Below, piece after piece: positions 1 through 13,179 of a DNA stretch of 64,000 nucleotides. The notes beneath the pieces are model-generated. The model did no database searches, was not told the origin of the DNA, and saw only the letters and a list, made by a program, of their open reading frames with translations. Position 1 is the stretch's first letter; every line of letters begins with the position of its first letter. The position numbers and the translations under genes were made by a program. This stretch comes from Squalus acanthias (lineage: Eukaryota): positions 148,986,001 to 149,050,000 of the forward strand of contig CM059428.1 of assembly GCA_030390025.1 (NCBI GenBank). Reading direction: 5' to 3'.

Positions 1-692
1 CTTGCTATTACTCTCAATTTTCAAAAGTCCCTTCAAAGTCAGCTCTCAAATCTTCTAGTACTCTTCAACATCAGAGTCTACTCAGTGAAACACCTTGGGA
101 TATTTTACCACACTGAAGGTGCTAAATAAAAGGTGTCATTGTTGTATGGCTTTCTGATGTGATTTACAGCTATAGTTCACTATATCAGGACTACATAGAA
201 ACTCAAACATCTGCAAAACTAGAAACTGCTATGGTATAAATTGTTTATCACAATTTTGAGTATCAAGGTGATTCAAAGGGGTAGGAGATCTTACCAATCA
301 AAGTACATCACACAATGTAGAGGTGTTACATTGCAAGCAGTACAAGGTGCATAGGAGGCCTGTATAAAATGCACAGAACCATTAAGTATTGCTTAATTTT
401 TTGTGGTTCTTTTGTAACAAATATTAATTATTGCAAACAAGATCTGAAAACCTCCTTGTCCGACTGAGACATTTTCAGGTTTTAAAATCATACAGGAAGA
501 GAAACTGTTGAATAGTCATGTTGTTAATGCAACATTTGCATTGATTCTTGACAGCCTCATTAACCATGGAATTTGACTGCTTTCAGTTCCACAAAATTCC
601 TTAAAACCTTTCAATGTATTCAATAAAAGCAGAATGTCTTCAATACTTTGGTGATTAGCAGTCCTACAATACTGCACATATCATTTTCTTAC

Positions 693-1075
693 CTTTTTTC
701 AGTTGAATATTGAGTTTCTTCCCTACTTTTTTGGTGTTGAAGCCTGTGGTAGGTGTAGAGCTCAATCTTTGGGGAGTTAGATGCTGGCCTGTTGGAGGTT
801 TTGACACCGAGTTCTGATTGTGAGGTAGATGAGAGTAAGAAGCAGTCTGATCGGCCTCATTGCTTGTTCTGGACAACCTCTGTGGTGTTTCATCAAAGCT
901 TGCATTTATAGCACTCTTTCGATCAGTGGGCTGAATATCTGCGTTGATTCGATTGGAATAACAGGTATTTTTATCGCCAAAGGAGACTTGTTCGTACTGC
1001 TCTTTATTTGCTGCTGGGACCACGTGGAACCAAATAACATGTGAGCGCATGGCTTGGCGAAACATATGTTGTGCT
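693..1075 (-). CDS. PARD3: PARD3 coding exon (end of PDZ1, PDZ1-PDZ2 linker, start of PDZ2), 383 bp
   Basis: Translates (Q)AQHMFRQAMRSHVIWFHVVPAANKEQYEQ...GFNTKKVGKKLNIQLKKG, recognisable as vertebrate Par-3. Acceptor tctag|AGCA at 1076/1075; donor AAAG|gtaag at 693/692. Phase fits the upstream exon (CA|A = Gln). Confidence 0.96.
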
Positions 1076-1378
1076 CTAGATTTAGGAAGGAAGGGAAATT
1101 AACAAATTAAGACTGTCAGTCTTAACAGAGATTATTAACATAATTACTATCATTAATTACATAGCATGGAAGGTTTTTTTATGCAAATGCAGCAACTGCA
1201 TCAATATTAACTGGATAGAAGTATTAATTACATCAGCGACTAACACTTATTATTGATGTGGGCTGAGAGATTAACAGTTATGCACCTGTTAATGTGAATG
1301 CAGAAAACAAAACTGCAAAGTGAAGTACATTTCAACAAGCAATTATACTACAAAGGAGAACAGGTTCATATACTTTTA

Positions 1379-1597
<219 letters not shown>

Positions 1598-2149
1598 TCA
1601 CAGCTCTTCATTTAGCACTTCAAAGTACAGTGCATAAAACATAATGGAATGCAAAATCCTCTCCTTCAGTTATTATTGCAATATGAATACATTTACAATG
1701 CAGTGCCTTTAGAAAACCGTTAGCTTAATAAAGATTTATCACACTTCAGTGTGACACAAATCTTATCTCTTCATATAACATTACCACTAGAATTACCACT
1801 TTCCCAGCAACTATTATCAAAGAAACACACATTTTTCAAGTGCTTTAAGGTGCTAATGTTGCACCAAAGTGGCAAGATTACAGTTTATTCCTACACAGCA
1901 CCTGCTGTTGAACATAACAACCTATTCTGTTTTTTCTGTGTATAAAACTGGAGATAATCAGCGCAATTCTATGATTTTGGTGAAAACAGTATTTGTGAAT
2001 TTTGGGTTTCATCCCCCAGCTGGCAAAAAAACACACATCAGCCCTTCCTGTTGTACAAAACTAAATCTAAAAAGACAGGACAGTGGAATTTCCAGTTTAT
2101 TCCCTATGGAACAGCTTCATAACCAGCTAATGGAATAGACAAGTTAATC

Positions 2150-2505
2150 ACTTAAGTCGTATTCCAGGACCTGAACACACAATCTCGGCTTATACCTCAG
2201 CGCAGTATTGAGGCAGTGCTGCGTTGTTGGAGGTGCTGTCTTTAGGGAGAGACATTAATTAAACTGAGGCCCCATCTGCTTGTTCAGGTGGGCATAAAAG
2301 ATCCGACAGCACTGTTTGGAGATCAGGAGTTCTCCTGGTGTTCATACAACATTCCTTCCTCAACCACCATCAAAAACAGATCAACTAGATATGCATTTCA
2401 TTTGCTGTTTGACTGCACTTCAAGAGTAATTCATTGGTTGGGAAGCACTTGGGAGACATCCTGAAGATGTAATAAGACACTATATAAATGCAACTTCTTT
2501 CTCTC
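2150..2505 (+). mobile_element. tRNA-derived SINE, degenerate
   Basis: Shares the body (ggaggtgctgtcttt...aaaagatcc...gcact) and tail (ctatataaatgcaa-ttctttct) with the copy at 24214. Confidence 0.8.
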
Positions 2506-3619
2506 TCAATAAATCTTTTGCCATTATTACTTTTTATATGCTGAGTTTAGATATCTGTACTGTGCTCATTTAAAAAAACCCTCCTCTCCTTACCCACACC
2601 AACTCAAATTTGGAGAGAGAAGTAAACAAGAGTTCAAAGTGAAGGTCTTAGTGAGTTAGAGCATCATTTTTACATTAATATCTCTGCCCCTAAGATACAT
2701 TCAACTACACCCATCTCTGGCAGAAAATGCTTGACAAGATGACGCTTATCTGTGAATGGAGCCCGAATGCAAGTACAACTTAACTTTTGAACAGATATGT
2801 ATTTATTTCAGGCATCTTATTAATGAGTAATTTGTAGGGGGACTACTGAACATCTTTCAGTGAAGGTGCAAGACCTGGACCCTCAATTCAGGTAATATTT
2901 GCTATCTTGTAAATGTTATTTTAAACCAGTATCGCAGAACAGCTACTGTTACAGCTTAGTTAGTGTAAACTACACCACATCACTTAACAATTCACACAAA
3001 TTATCCCTTCTGATGGGGCTTAGCACCAAGAAATAGAAAGCATTTTTATAAGCACTTGGAACCGCCTGAGGTGGTTGAAGTTGGGGCTTAAAAATGTGAG
3101 ACACATAAATTAACTGCCTATCCAAAGTAAAATGATTCCAGTTCATGTTCATAAATGATGACATGAGGTAAATAGTACTAAATGTGATAAGACCATTGTA
3201 GTGAATGATTGCAAGCTGAGATTGAAGCAATACTTGGGATGCTCCTCACAGCTGGATGTAACACAGCATTTGTACACATCACTACCAGTTTAATCCACCT
3301 CAACACCTTATGGCCATCAATTCAGGCTGTCAAGCGGAATTTAAAGCAAGGAGCTTCAGTGGAAAAGTAGGTGAATCAGCTCCAGTCACGAACACATTGT
3401 TACAGGGGCTGGCGATGATGTCTACAGGCAGCAGATTAGCACATCTGCTAGAAACATGTGCATAAATTTAATTACTGGTCAGATTAAATTAAAAATTTGC
3501 AATACTTAAACACAAGTAATTTATGCAAAATATCTTTGTCACGGTGCATGAAAAAATATTCTGATCAATGTACAATTTGCATTTATATAGACTTCAGAGC
3601 TAATGAACTACTTATGAAG

Positions 3620-3965
3620 TACAATCACTGTTGTTCTATAGGCAAAATGTTTGGTAATTTTTGCACAGTGGCAACCCATAAACAGCAAATCAATGATCAA
3701 ACAGTATTTTTTTTTAATGGTGTTGGTTAAGGAAAGAACGTTGGCTACGAGAGTGAGGGAGCTCCATGCTCTTCAAATAGTGCCGTTGAAACTTGTATGC
3801 ATACCTTAGCTTGGTTAAACACTTCATCTGAAAGATGGACCCCCTGACGCTGCAACTGAGCATTCCCTCAATACTACACTGTCTACATTCTGTGCTGAAG
3901 TCTGTAGCGGGGCCTAACCCACAATCTTCTAACTTGGGTGAAAGTGAGCTCAGCTGACACAAGCA
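3620..3965 (-). mobile_element. tRNA-derived SINE, degenerate
   Basis: Reverse-complement similarity to the SINE at 24214 (aacccacaatcttct, catctgaaagatgg). Confidence 0.65.
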
Positions 3966-4499
3966 ATAATCAGAAGACAGGGTGCACACAGGGACATAAA
4001 TGTGGATAACATTATTCAGACATGAAGGGTGAGGTCAAAGAGAGATTTGAATGCAAGGAGTAGAGTTTTGGAAATCGGGAATCACGAGGGAAAAGGGAGC
4101 GTGCAAGAATAGCATGGGTGTGTGCATGGTACTTTCATGGTGGCAGAGACGAGATTTTAATGTGGCCAACATACATGTTGAAGTTGGCTCCATGTTTTCA
4201 AATAATGCTGCTGAAGCCTAGCATGTAAATGGTTGAAAGGTAACCAAGGATGGAGCGCTAGGATATGTCAGTTCTGACAATGCATGCATAGGGAAAAAGC
4301 TACTAGAAGAGATGTGATGACTTTGTTGGGACCAACAGGAGTAGAACCATGAGAGAGCAAAGCCATAGAAATGGATCACAGAAGAACGATGGGGAATAGT
4401 GTAAAAGACGACACAGAAATAAGGAACAGCGAGCTTTGGACTTGGTCACACAAGGCATTGTTAGTGACTTTGATCAGAAGGTCTTAGTGCTCCAATGCC

Positions 4500-6255
4500 T
4501 CTCCTCCATTGCTCAGCTCGGTAGGACTGCCTTCACCACGTTCCACTCTTAGCTATCCGATTGTAGCCACAGTAATCTCTTACCAATGACTTCTCTTTCC
4601 ACTCCCACACAGTGACCTCGGGAGTTCCCCAAGGATCCATCCTTGGCCCCCCTCCTCTTCCGCATCTACATGTTGCCCATTGGTGATAACATCCAAAGAC
4701 ATGGGGTCAGGTTCAACACTCAGCTTTACTTCGTCACCATCTCGCTCAAACCCACCACCACCTTGGAGATACAGGCTTGGATGAGCTGCAATTTCCTCCA
4801 GTTTAACTTTGGGAAGACGGAAGCCAGTGGGCCAACATTTGCGATTGGAGACTTCCTGCGGGCGGACGCCTCCGACCTGCAAAGTGTCTACGAATTTACC
4901 TGGTGGCCCAGGAAGAATGGTGGCTTGCACTCCTGGGCCTCTCCAGGTCCGCGCGGGCAGAGCCCCACGTATCCCAGGGGCGCAAGCGGTTCGTAGGCGC
5001 TCCTGGGATCACGTGAGCTGGCCAAGGAAGAAGGGAATCCCCATTCAACCTTTTGACAGTTCTGTAAATACAGGACTGTCAAAAGTATGAATGGGGATCA
5101 CCTAAAAAAATACACCAACACATTAAATACATTTTTAAAAAAACATTACATATTTAAAATTAATTAAAATGACATTTAATTAAATATTTTAAACAAAAAT
5201 AATTTTTAAAATGTCAAGAAATTAAAATGTTTTTACAGGGCTAAAAATAAACTTACCTTTTTGAAGCATATTTTTAATTTATAAATCAGTTATTAAATTT
5301 CATTTTTCTATTTTTAAAACTCTTAAGCTGGTAAAAGCAGGCCTTACGCCTGCTTTTACCAGGCGTAAGAATTTGAGTCATTCAACGGGTGGAGGTTGCG
5401 CAAAAACTCTCCACCCGCAGAGGCACTTTTCTTGGGCAGGCGGATGATCGGTCAAGAGAATTCTTGACAGATCGCAAGTGACAGTTTTCAGCGCATGCGC
5501 TTCGCATGCCTGAAACCGGCACTTGCACGGCCCCCTACTGGCGCGTAAGCATCCGTAAGGGTCGCAAAATCCGGCCCCATGTGTTTGGACCCCAACACAA
5601 ATTCCGGACCCTCACCTCTGATTCCATACCTTCCCTGCCACTGTCTCAAGCTAAGCTAGACTGTTCAAAGCATTGACATCCTATTCAATCCCAAGCTGAG
5701 CTTCCGACTCCATATCTTCTCCATCACAAAGACTGCCCACTTCCACCTTTGTTACATTGCCCGCCTCCACGCCTACCTCAGCCCATCTGTTGCTGAAACC
5801 CTTACTTTGTTACTTTCAGACTCAGCTATTCCAGTGCTTGGCTAGCTGGCATTGCATCCTCCATAAATTTCAGCTCATTCAAACTCTGCTGTAATAAATC
5901 CTGCTCGCCCATCATCCCTGTCCTTGTTGTCCTACAGTGGCCTCCAGCTTCCCCAAGCTTCAAATGTCTCTCTCTATCTCTCTAAACTTGTACAATTTCT
6001 CCATTATTCTGACTATGACATTCTCGTGCATCCATCCCTTTTGTCTCAGAACTGGCAGCCGTGCCTTCAACGGCTTGGGCTCCACCTCCTTTAAGATCCT
6101 CCTTAAAACCTACCTCTTTGACCAAGCTTTTGGTCACCCCTGCTAATTTCTTCTTCTTTGGCTCAGCATCCATTTTTTCCCTTATGCCTCTGTGAAGCAC
6201 CTTGGGACATTTTTCTACATTAAAGGTGCCATTAAAAAGGTGAATTGCTGTTGTG
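4500..6255 (+). mobile_element. L2-like LINE 3' portion, degenerate, interrupted by a MITE
   Basis: RT remnants GVPQGSILAPLLFRIYMLP and WMSCNFLQFNFGKTEA. 3' end ccttaaaacctacctctttgaccaagcttttgg...tgtgaagcaccttgggac is shared with the other L2-like ends here. Confidence 0.8.
4829..5577. mobile_element. Non-autonomous DNA transposon (Harbinger-type MITE)
   Basis: Imperfect TIRs gggccaacatttgcga / tcgcaaaatccggccc. It splits the L2 sequence and is similar to the elements at 46674-49633 and 59700-60240. Confidence 0.8.
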
Positions 6256-8241
6256 GATAAGTCGAAAACTGGATTAGATTGGCTTGAACAAGGACTAGAG
6301 AGAGAGAGATAAGCACTTAACTATGCATTCAAGCACTTGGGCCAGAAATACTTTTGAGTCAGAGGTCACTCCTCCCCTCTCTCTTCCACTCAATACATGA
6401 TAATAGTCAACATTTATTGGAGTATTCAAGGTTACACTGAGTAAGGGAAAAGCATTTCCAAATACCCAAGTCTGAACACTACTATTTTGTTACTAACAGT
6501 CATTTTCATTCACTCTATTCCTGCTATTGAACAGTATTGACATTTAATGCAGACATCTGGAGTTTTAAAAATTTCACACAGCTTCTAATTTCAACAGAGG
6601 CTCAGAAGAACAGCCAACAATGTACTGTACGACAACTATTAAAATCAAATAACTCATAAGGAGCCAACCTATTTCTTAGCTTTTTATCGAAATTCATGCA
6701 GCAACACAATTATACACAGACAAATGGCTTTTTAAGTGATCTTAACTTTCATTCTGCTCCGGCCCTGCAATTTGCTCGCTGTATTTTGTCAGCTGTTGGT
6801 GAAGATGCACTGAATGACTTTCCTGACCTTTCTAAGTTGCAAAACCAGTGATGTGGCACAACCACTTTTGAATATTCAATACTTGTATTATGCTAGACGC
6901 AGGCTTTTGTTGAAGTGCACACATGCCTTCAGTTGTCAACAAAGCTGTGGTCTTTGGGCACTAAACATACATCTGCGCACAACCGGAAATGATTTATTTT
7001 GCAGCTGTCCACATTATTAGAATGCAAATAACATCTATTTTATTACTACTAAAAATGTACATTCGCTAAACCAGTTTTGCTCAGTCACACCAAGAAACAA
7101 CCAGAGACAATTTCTTACAAATTGGAAAACCCATCAACCAAATCCACTTCATCTAAGTCAACCTGGCACAACAGATGAGATTTACTTGCTGTCTGAATAT
7201 AGTATTTCAAGGTTTATTACCTAACAATTTTTCTTAGAATATAATCAATTCAAAATGAGATTATTCTGCTCAATATTATCTTCAGAAAGTTGAAGAAAAA
7301 CATTTTATGATAAAAGTGATATTCCAAGCTACAGTGCTCTACGCAACATTTTGTTTGTTTCAGGGAGTTGATAAGAGTTTGCTTGCATTGCAATTTTGAT
7401 ATTAAAGTTGTGTTTGATGTTCAAGAGCTGGGAAAGACCTGGCACCAGAATTGTTAGGGACAGAAAAGGCCACTGGGCACAAAAAGCCCTTTTAATAGAT
7501 TTCAGCGCCACCCATCCATCTTATCATGGCATCCTTCAATCACGTTTGACATTATTCTCACCCACTTAAGTCCTGTAGGCAATATTTCTAATCCTACATT
7601 TTTACACTCAACATATATTATCAAATGCATCCTTCAGCATCAGATATGCCTTTAATGAATGCTTCTCTTATGATTACAAAGATAACACAGACTGCTGTTT
7701 AAAAGGAATCATGTGGGTTGAGTGGAAAAAATGTTTTGCAATATCTGTGTTCTCATGCCAGTTCAGCTGCAGACAGTCGGTCACACAGCAGTTGGAACTG
7801 CAATAATGTGCAAGATCTAAAAAGCACAAGACAAAGCACAGATACGCTAAAACAAAATTATGAATTCATGAGGGTACTAAATTTAAAGCTGCAGTGCCCC
7901 GCCATTTATTTCAAGACATTATCTAAAACCAGAGCAAGAGACTATCATCCTACTGTCAGTGGAAACTGCACTATTCCTGTTTGTTTTATCCTATGTTCCT
8001 AATCGGTTAATGAATCTGTTTACAAATCTTTACTAAAGCATCAAAAATTCAGCAAAAGGAAAGTGCCATAACTTCAAATAAAGCCACTGCACTAAAAAAA
8101 AAGTACAATTTCTGGAGTACGAGCACAGAACTTGCCACACATTTCATTTTTAAAAATGTACTATTTGTTCGAGACTGCAGATTTAAATAATATGAAATAA
8201 AATTATAAAAGAAAAACAAACATGCAGAACACGTTACTTTA

Positions 8242-8394
<153 letters not shown>

Positions 8395-8879
8395 TTATAA
8401 TATCTGGACCAATGAGTTGTGCAACTTGTGTGCAGCATTCCTGAGTATTAGTCTGGGAGCATGAGAAGAAGGTCAACCATCAAAAATAACAAAACTAATA
8501 AAATAACCAAGATGAAAACACACAGTGCACGTTACTTGACAGCACTAAACTAATGCAAACTACTCAGAAAATCCCCTGTGATTTCCTTATTGCATTAAAA
8601 CTGATCAGGAAAAACTGCATCACCAGACAATTGGTCAATAACCAAGCTAATCTGTTAGCAGATAAATACAAAGAAGATCTATCAACAAGTTACACACTGA
8701 AACAACTTTTAAAATGGATCAGGCATGGCTAATAAATATTATCCTTTGTTGGGGAAACTCGCTCAGGATCAAACTGATTTGCACTGCTTTCAAGTGAGCA
8801 ATGAAAGAGTTTGCTGAGGTGGTGCTCTGATCAGTGAGCCACCATCTGTTAAGGTGGGTTTGTTAACAAGCTTCCACTC

Positions 8880-9070
8880 AAATAATAACAGAAAAATGCT
8901 GCCCTCTACAGTGGAGCCATCAGTAACCGAAAAGGGAACAGATGAGCAGTTTTGGGTGAAGATCCTTCATCGTCATTGTTCTGATGAAGGGTCTCCATCT
9001 TGAAAAATTAACCATGCTGCTGGACCTGCTGCGTTTTTTCAAGCATTTTCTGGGGTTTTTGTTTTTAGCC
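8880..9070. mobile_element. Degenerate Penelope-like terminal-repeat fragments in inverted arrangement
   Basis: ctgatgaagggtctcc...gaaa followed by atgctgctggacctgctgcgttttttcaagcattttctg, with an inverted partial copy (gggtgaagatccttcatc) immediately upstream. Confidence 0.6.
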
Positions 9071-9375
9071 CTTTGGAGCTGTGTTTTAAGTTTTATTTGA
9101 GCAGAACTCAATTCATTATCAGCTTTGCAAATACAGTACCCACCAATTAACAGTCATTCCAATAGGAACACTTACTTCCCGCTGTTTCCTACAGTATTTA
9201 ATAATTATGATTTTGCATAAAGGGAATGTTTAGCCTGCCACTTCCGAGGTTTCTCTTCAGCGGGTTCCACTGCCCAATAATGAACTTCACGTCGCAGTAC
9301 AATAGCTGATCCTTTGTGGTCTGCCTATATCTAAAAACAGCGTGCGATAATTAATACGTTACTGATGCAAGCTTA

Positions 9376-9468
<93 letters not shown>

Positions 9469-12349
9469 CTACAAGAGGACAAACAAGATTCCAGTCACAA
9501 AAAAACTATTCGAATCACAACTACATTGTACACCACACTCATGTAACATATTGAGTCAGTAAATCAACGATGTGTGGAAGTCCAGTGCTTACTGCATGAA
9601 AGAGATCACCACATTGTTTCCTATACAACGCTACATTGCACACAATTTACAGTATCTCCACCTCTATGCCGATACAAGAATTGTACTATTTTTCTGATCT
9701 TTCCATTTGAAAACTCATACTGCAATAAACATTACTTCTATTTATGATAGATAGAAATCTCTGATTAAAACTTGCCAAGTGTAATAATACACTACTAGAA
9801 ATAGGAAACTCTTAATATTTTATTGTTAATCTTACCAACAAAAAAAAAACACGAGTACAACCACTATGCTAAAATCAGTAAGGTTCTGACTGGAAAATTT
9901 CTGGGATGCCTTTTTGCCAGTATCTAATCATTAAGTTCAATATAAAAGATCATTGTTAACTCACAATCCCTTCTTTCATTTCATCGTCTACAGCTGCTTT
10001 CTCAGTACAACTTTAATAACAGCAACATGAAGCTCTGGGTAGACATTTAAGCAAGGAACGAGATTTCATCAACTCACTAAATTCCCTTTGTAGCACTGAC
10101 ATATCACTACGAACATCTTAAGATGAACAATTCAGGACAGACGGGAACAATTCTGCCCTATTTAATCATAGGATGATTGACCAAACTGAGGCAGCGCAAC
10201 AAGTTTGTATTAATTATTCCTGAAAAAAACCCAAAATTTGATAACTTTCCTTCGTCAATTACCATCCAAAAAAAGCAGACAACTTTTTTGCAAAGTGGCT
10301 GCGGAAGCTGCCGCTGTTTCTGTTCTTCACTTTCTTTTGTCCTGAGCTCTCCAAATTGGTTCAGGTCAGTTTGGAGCTTGGAAGTTCACATTGTTCAACT
10401 TACCAAAAAACATTAGCCAAATTTCAATTTATATAAATCTGTGGTCCTATTTGTAAACTTAAAGAATTATAAAGGAGAACTGTTTGGTAAGAAATAGCTT
10501 TGACAATGTCAATGTTGTGAGACGCATTGCAGATTAAATCAATGAAACACAAAGAGGAGTTTGAACACAAAGCCTAGATTACAAGGCACTTAACCCTATG
10601 CTCGATTCGTCAGATGGAGCGTTAGGCCGCCGGAAACAGTACAATGCTCAGGTGGCAGCCTTTATCTTGGGGGAATGGATAGGAAAAACCAACAGCCAAA
10701 CTGAACAAGCATTAACATGGTCAGCTAACCATGGAGTGGTTATAGACAGCGATCACAAAAATGCCTGTAGACCAAGACTTTCTGCTCCTCTGGATTAAGG
10801 GAACTTTGAAGACGGGTTGGTGAATACAGCCTTGGTAACGAGAAGGATGGAAGATCAAATTACAATTTAAAAAAGAGAACTGTAATTTCAACATTTCATA
10901 CTTGCATTCTGGTTTTATATTTTAAAGGAATCATTCCGTTCTCTAACTTAGTTCACTGTATCGTCTACCCTGGATTTTTTTGTTCTTTTATAAACCTCGT
11001 TTCTTGGCATTCTTTTAAAAACTGAGATGCAATATCTTTCAGCAAATTTTTAGAGTGGATCAGCAGAGCTTAAAACTTAGCGTTACCCAAGGGCTTGAGC
11101 ATCACTCAGCACAATGATGAAAAGTGAAGGGTTATGAGCTTGGCACACATCAACAGACAATGTATTTAATAATTGAGAGGATATTAAAGCTTAGCATAAG
11201 CTAGCTATAACTTCTAATGCAAATTTCCTCAGAACCTCTAAGCACAAAACCTTGACTGTATGTCTGCACTCTGGCTCTGAACTAAACAGCTACTGTTTTT
11301 CTTCCAGTGTTACACATCAGGACAATGAATGGAAAGAGAAAGAAGAAAAAAAAAATCACCAAAGCGCTATTACTTCAGAGTGATGATATTTTCTTTCATG
11401 AATACCAGCATTCATTTCTATTCCATCTGTCAAGCATAAAGAATCAAGCTACTTGGAATTTCTGGAGGTCAAGCAGCATCTTTTAAGGCGCACATATGTA
11501 AATTTGAAATAAAATGCTGATGTGAACATTATCAAGGCTTTTCCAACAAATATTACAAAAATAATCAGCCATTCGCTGTGCACCTAGTTAAAAAATCAGG
11601 GTTTTAAACAAATGTCTTCACTCAATGTCTGAAAGATAAGGTTGCCTGCATGCGAGTCACTCATTCATGCCAGACATACTTTGATAATGCGTTTGTCATG
11701 ATACTTAAATATTTATGTGCTGACACATACTATGTCGCTGACAGTATTTCACAGATTGACATAAAGGTTAGTGCTAATGTAGGAACTCCGATGCAGCTTC
11801 AGTCCAAGTAGTTCATGTCACTACTTTTCATGCTCGTAAAGCTGACCATATCGGAAAGCCTTGAACTCCCAAACTTTTTAAACAATAACCATTAAAAAAA
11901 ATCTAGCTCCCTTTAGCATGCTCATCACCCTGCTCAGCACACACACTTGGAATACCACCCTTCCTCCCACTTACAGACAGTAATAAAATGCTATAATTTT
12001 ACAAAGCGAAGTTACTGTATATTTTATAAGTGAAGCCCTAACCATACCTGTAAAATGCTTTTTTAAAAAACGTAGCTAAAATCTGTTGTGCGGATCAAAA
12101 TGTTGGTAATTTGAAGAGTATGCATTATTCTTCTGAGCACAAGGAGCAGCCTGACTTACAGCGGAGGCTGCTGGAGTATGATTGGAATTTTTACTTGAAA
12201 ATTGCTGGGCCACGAAGGATGGCACTATACCTGTGATACCAAGCTCAGATCTGCAGAATACAATATGCAGACCAAAGTTACATTGCTAACTGAACCTTAA
12301 CGTGCATTGCACTCTACCCACTAAAGACAGCTCAATGCACACCTGTTTT

Positions 12350-12728
12350 CTCATCCCTCCATGGCCTCGCCCCTCTTTATCTCTGTAATCTCCTCCAGCC
12401 CTATAATCCCCCGAGACCGCTGCGCTCTGCCTATTCTGGCCTTTTGAACATCCCCGATTTTAAATGCTCCACCACTGGCAGTCAATGCCTTCAGCTACCT
12501 AGGTACTAAGCTCTGGAATTCACTCACTAAATCTCTCTGCATCTCTTTCCTCCGTTAAGACGCTCCTTAAAACCCACCTCTTCGACCAAGATTTTGGTCA
12601 TCTGCCCTAAAGTCTCTTTATATGGCTCGGTGTCAAATTTTTATTTTGATGCTAACACTCCTGTGAAGCGCCTTGGGACATTTTATTACATTAAAGGCGC
12701 TATATAAATATAAGTTGCTGTTGTTGTT
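12350..12728 (+). mobile_element. L2-like LINE 3' end
   Basis: ccctccatggcctcgccc...gcgctatataaatataagttgctgttgttg with a (TTG)n tail. Confidence 0.85.
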
Positions 12729-12807
12729 TACACAGACACGAAGTATTCTACTTCCAGTCAGTTCACTTTTTTTATATTCGGAGAGCACGGGCAGGAATGT
12801 CCACCTT

Positions 12808-13120
12808 ACAACAACAACAAACAAGTATTTATATAGCGCCTTTAATGTAGTAAAACATCCCAAGGCGCTTCACAGGAGCGTAAGCAAACAAAATTTGGCA
12901 CAAACCCACATAAGGAGATATTTGAACAGGTGACCAAAAGCTTGCTCAAAGCGGTAGTTTTTAAGGAGCGTCTTAAAGGAGGAGAGCGAAGTAGAGAGGC
13001 AGAGAGGTTTAGGGAAGGAATTCCAGAGCTTAGGGCCCTGGCAGCTGAAGGCACGGCCGTCAATGGTGGAGCAATAAAAATCGGGGATGTGTAAAAGGCC
13101 AGAATTAGAAGAGCTATCTG
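12808..13120 (-). mobile_element. L2-like LINE 3' end
   Basis: Reverse complement of the same 3' end, with (caa)n at the left. Confidence 0.85.
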
Positions 13121-13179
13121 AATACTAAAATGATTTGAAATTAGGGGCCCCTGGGGACTTTCAAAACATGACTTCATAT

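Noticed and set aside
9200-9330. Open minus-strand frame after ttttag just downstream of the 92-bp exon, as an alternative exon
   Set aside because: It would need an intron of about 46 nt and has no recognisable Par-3 similarity.
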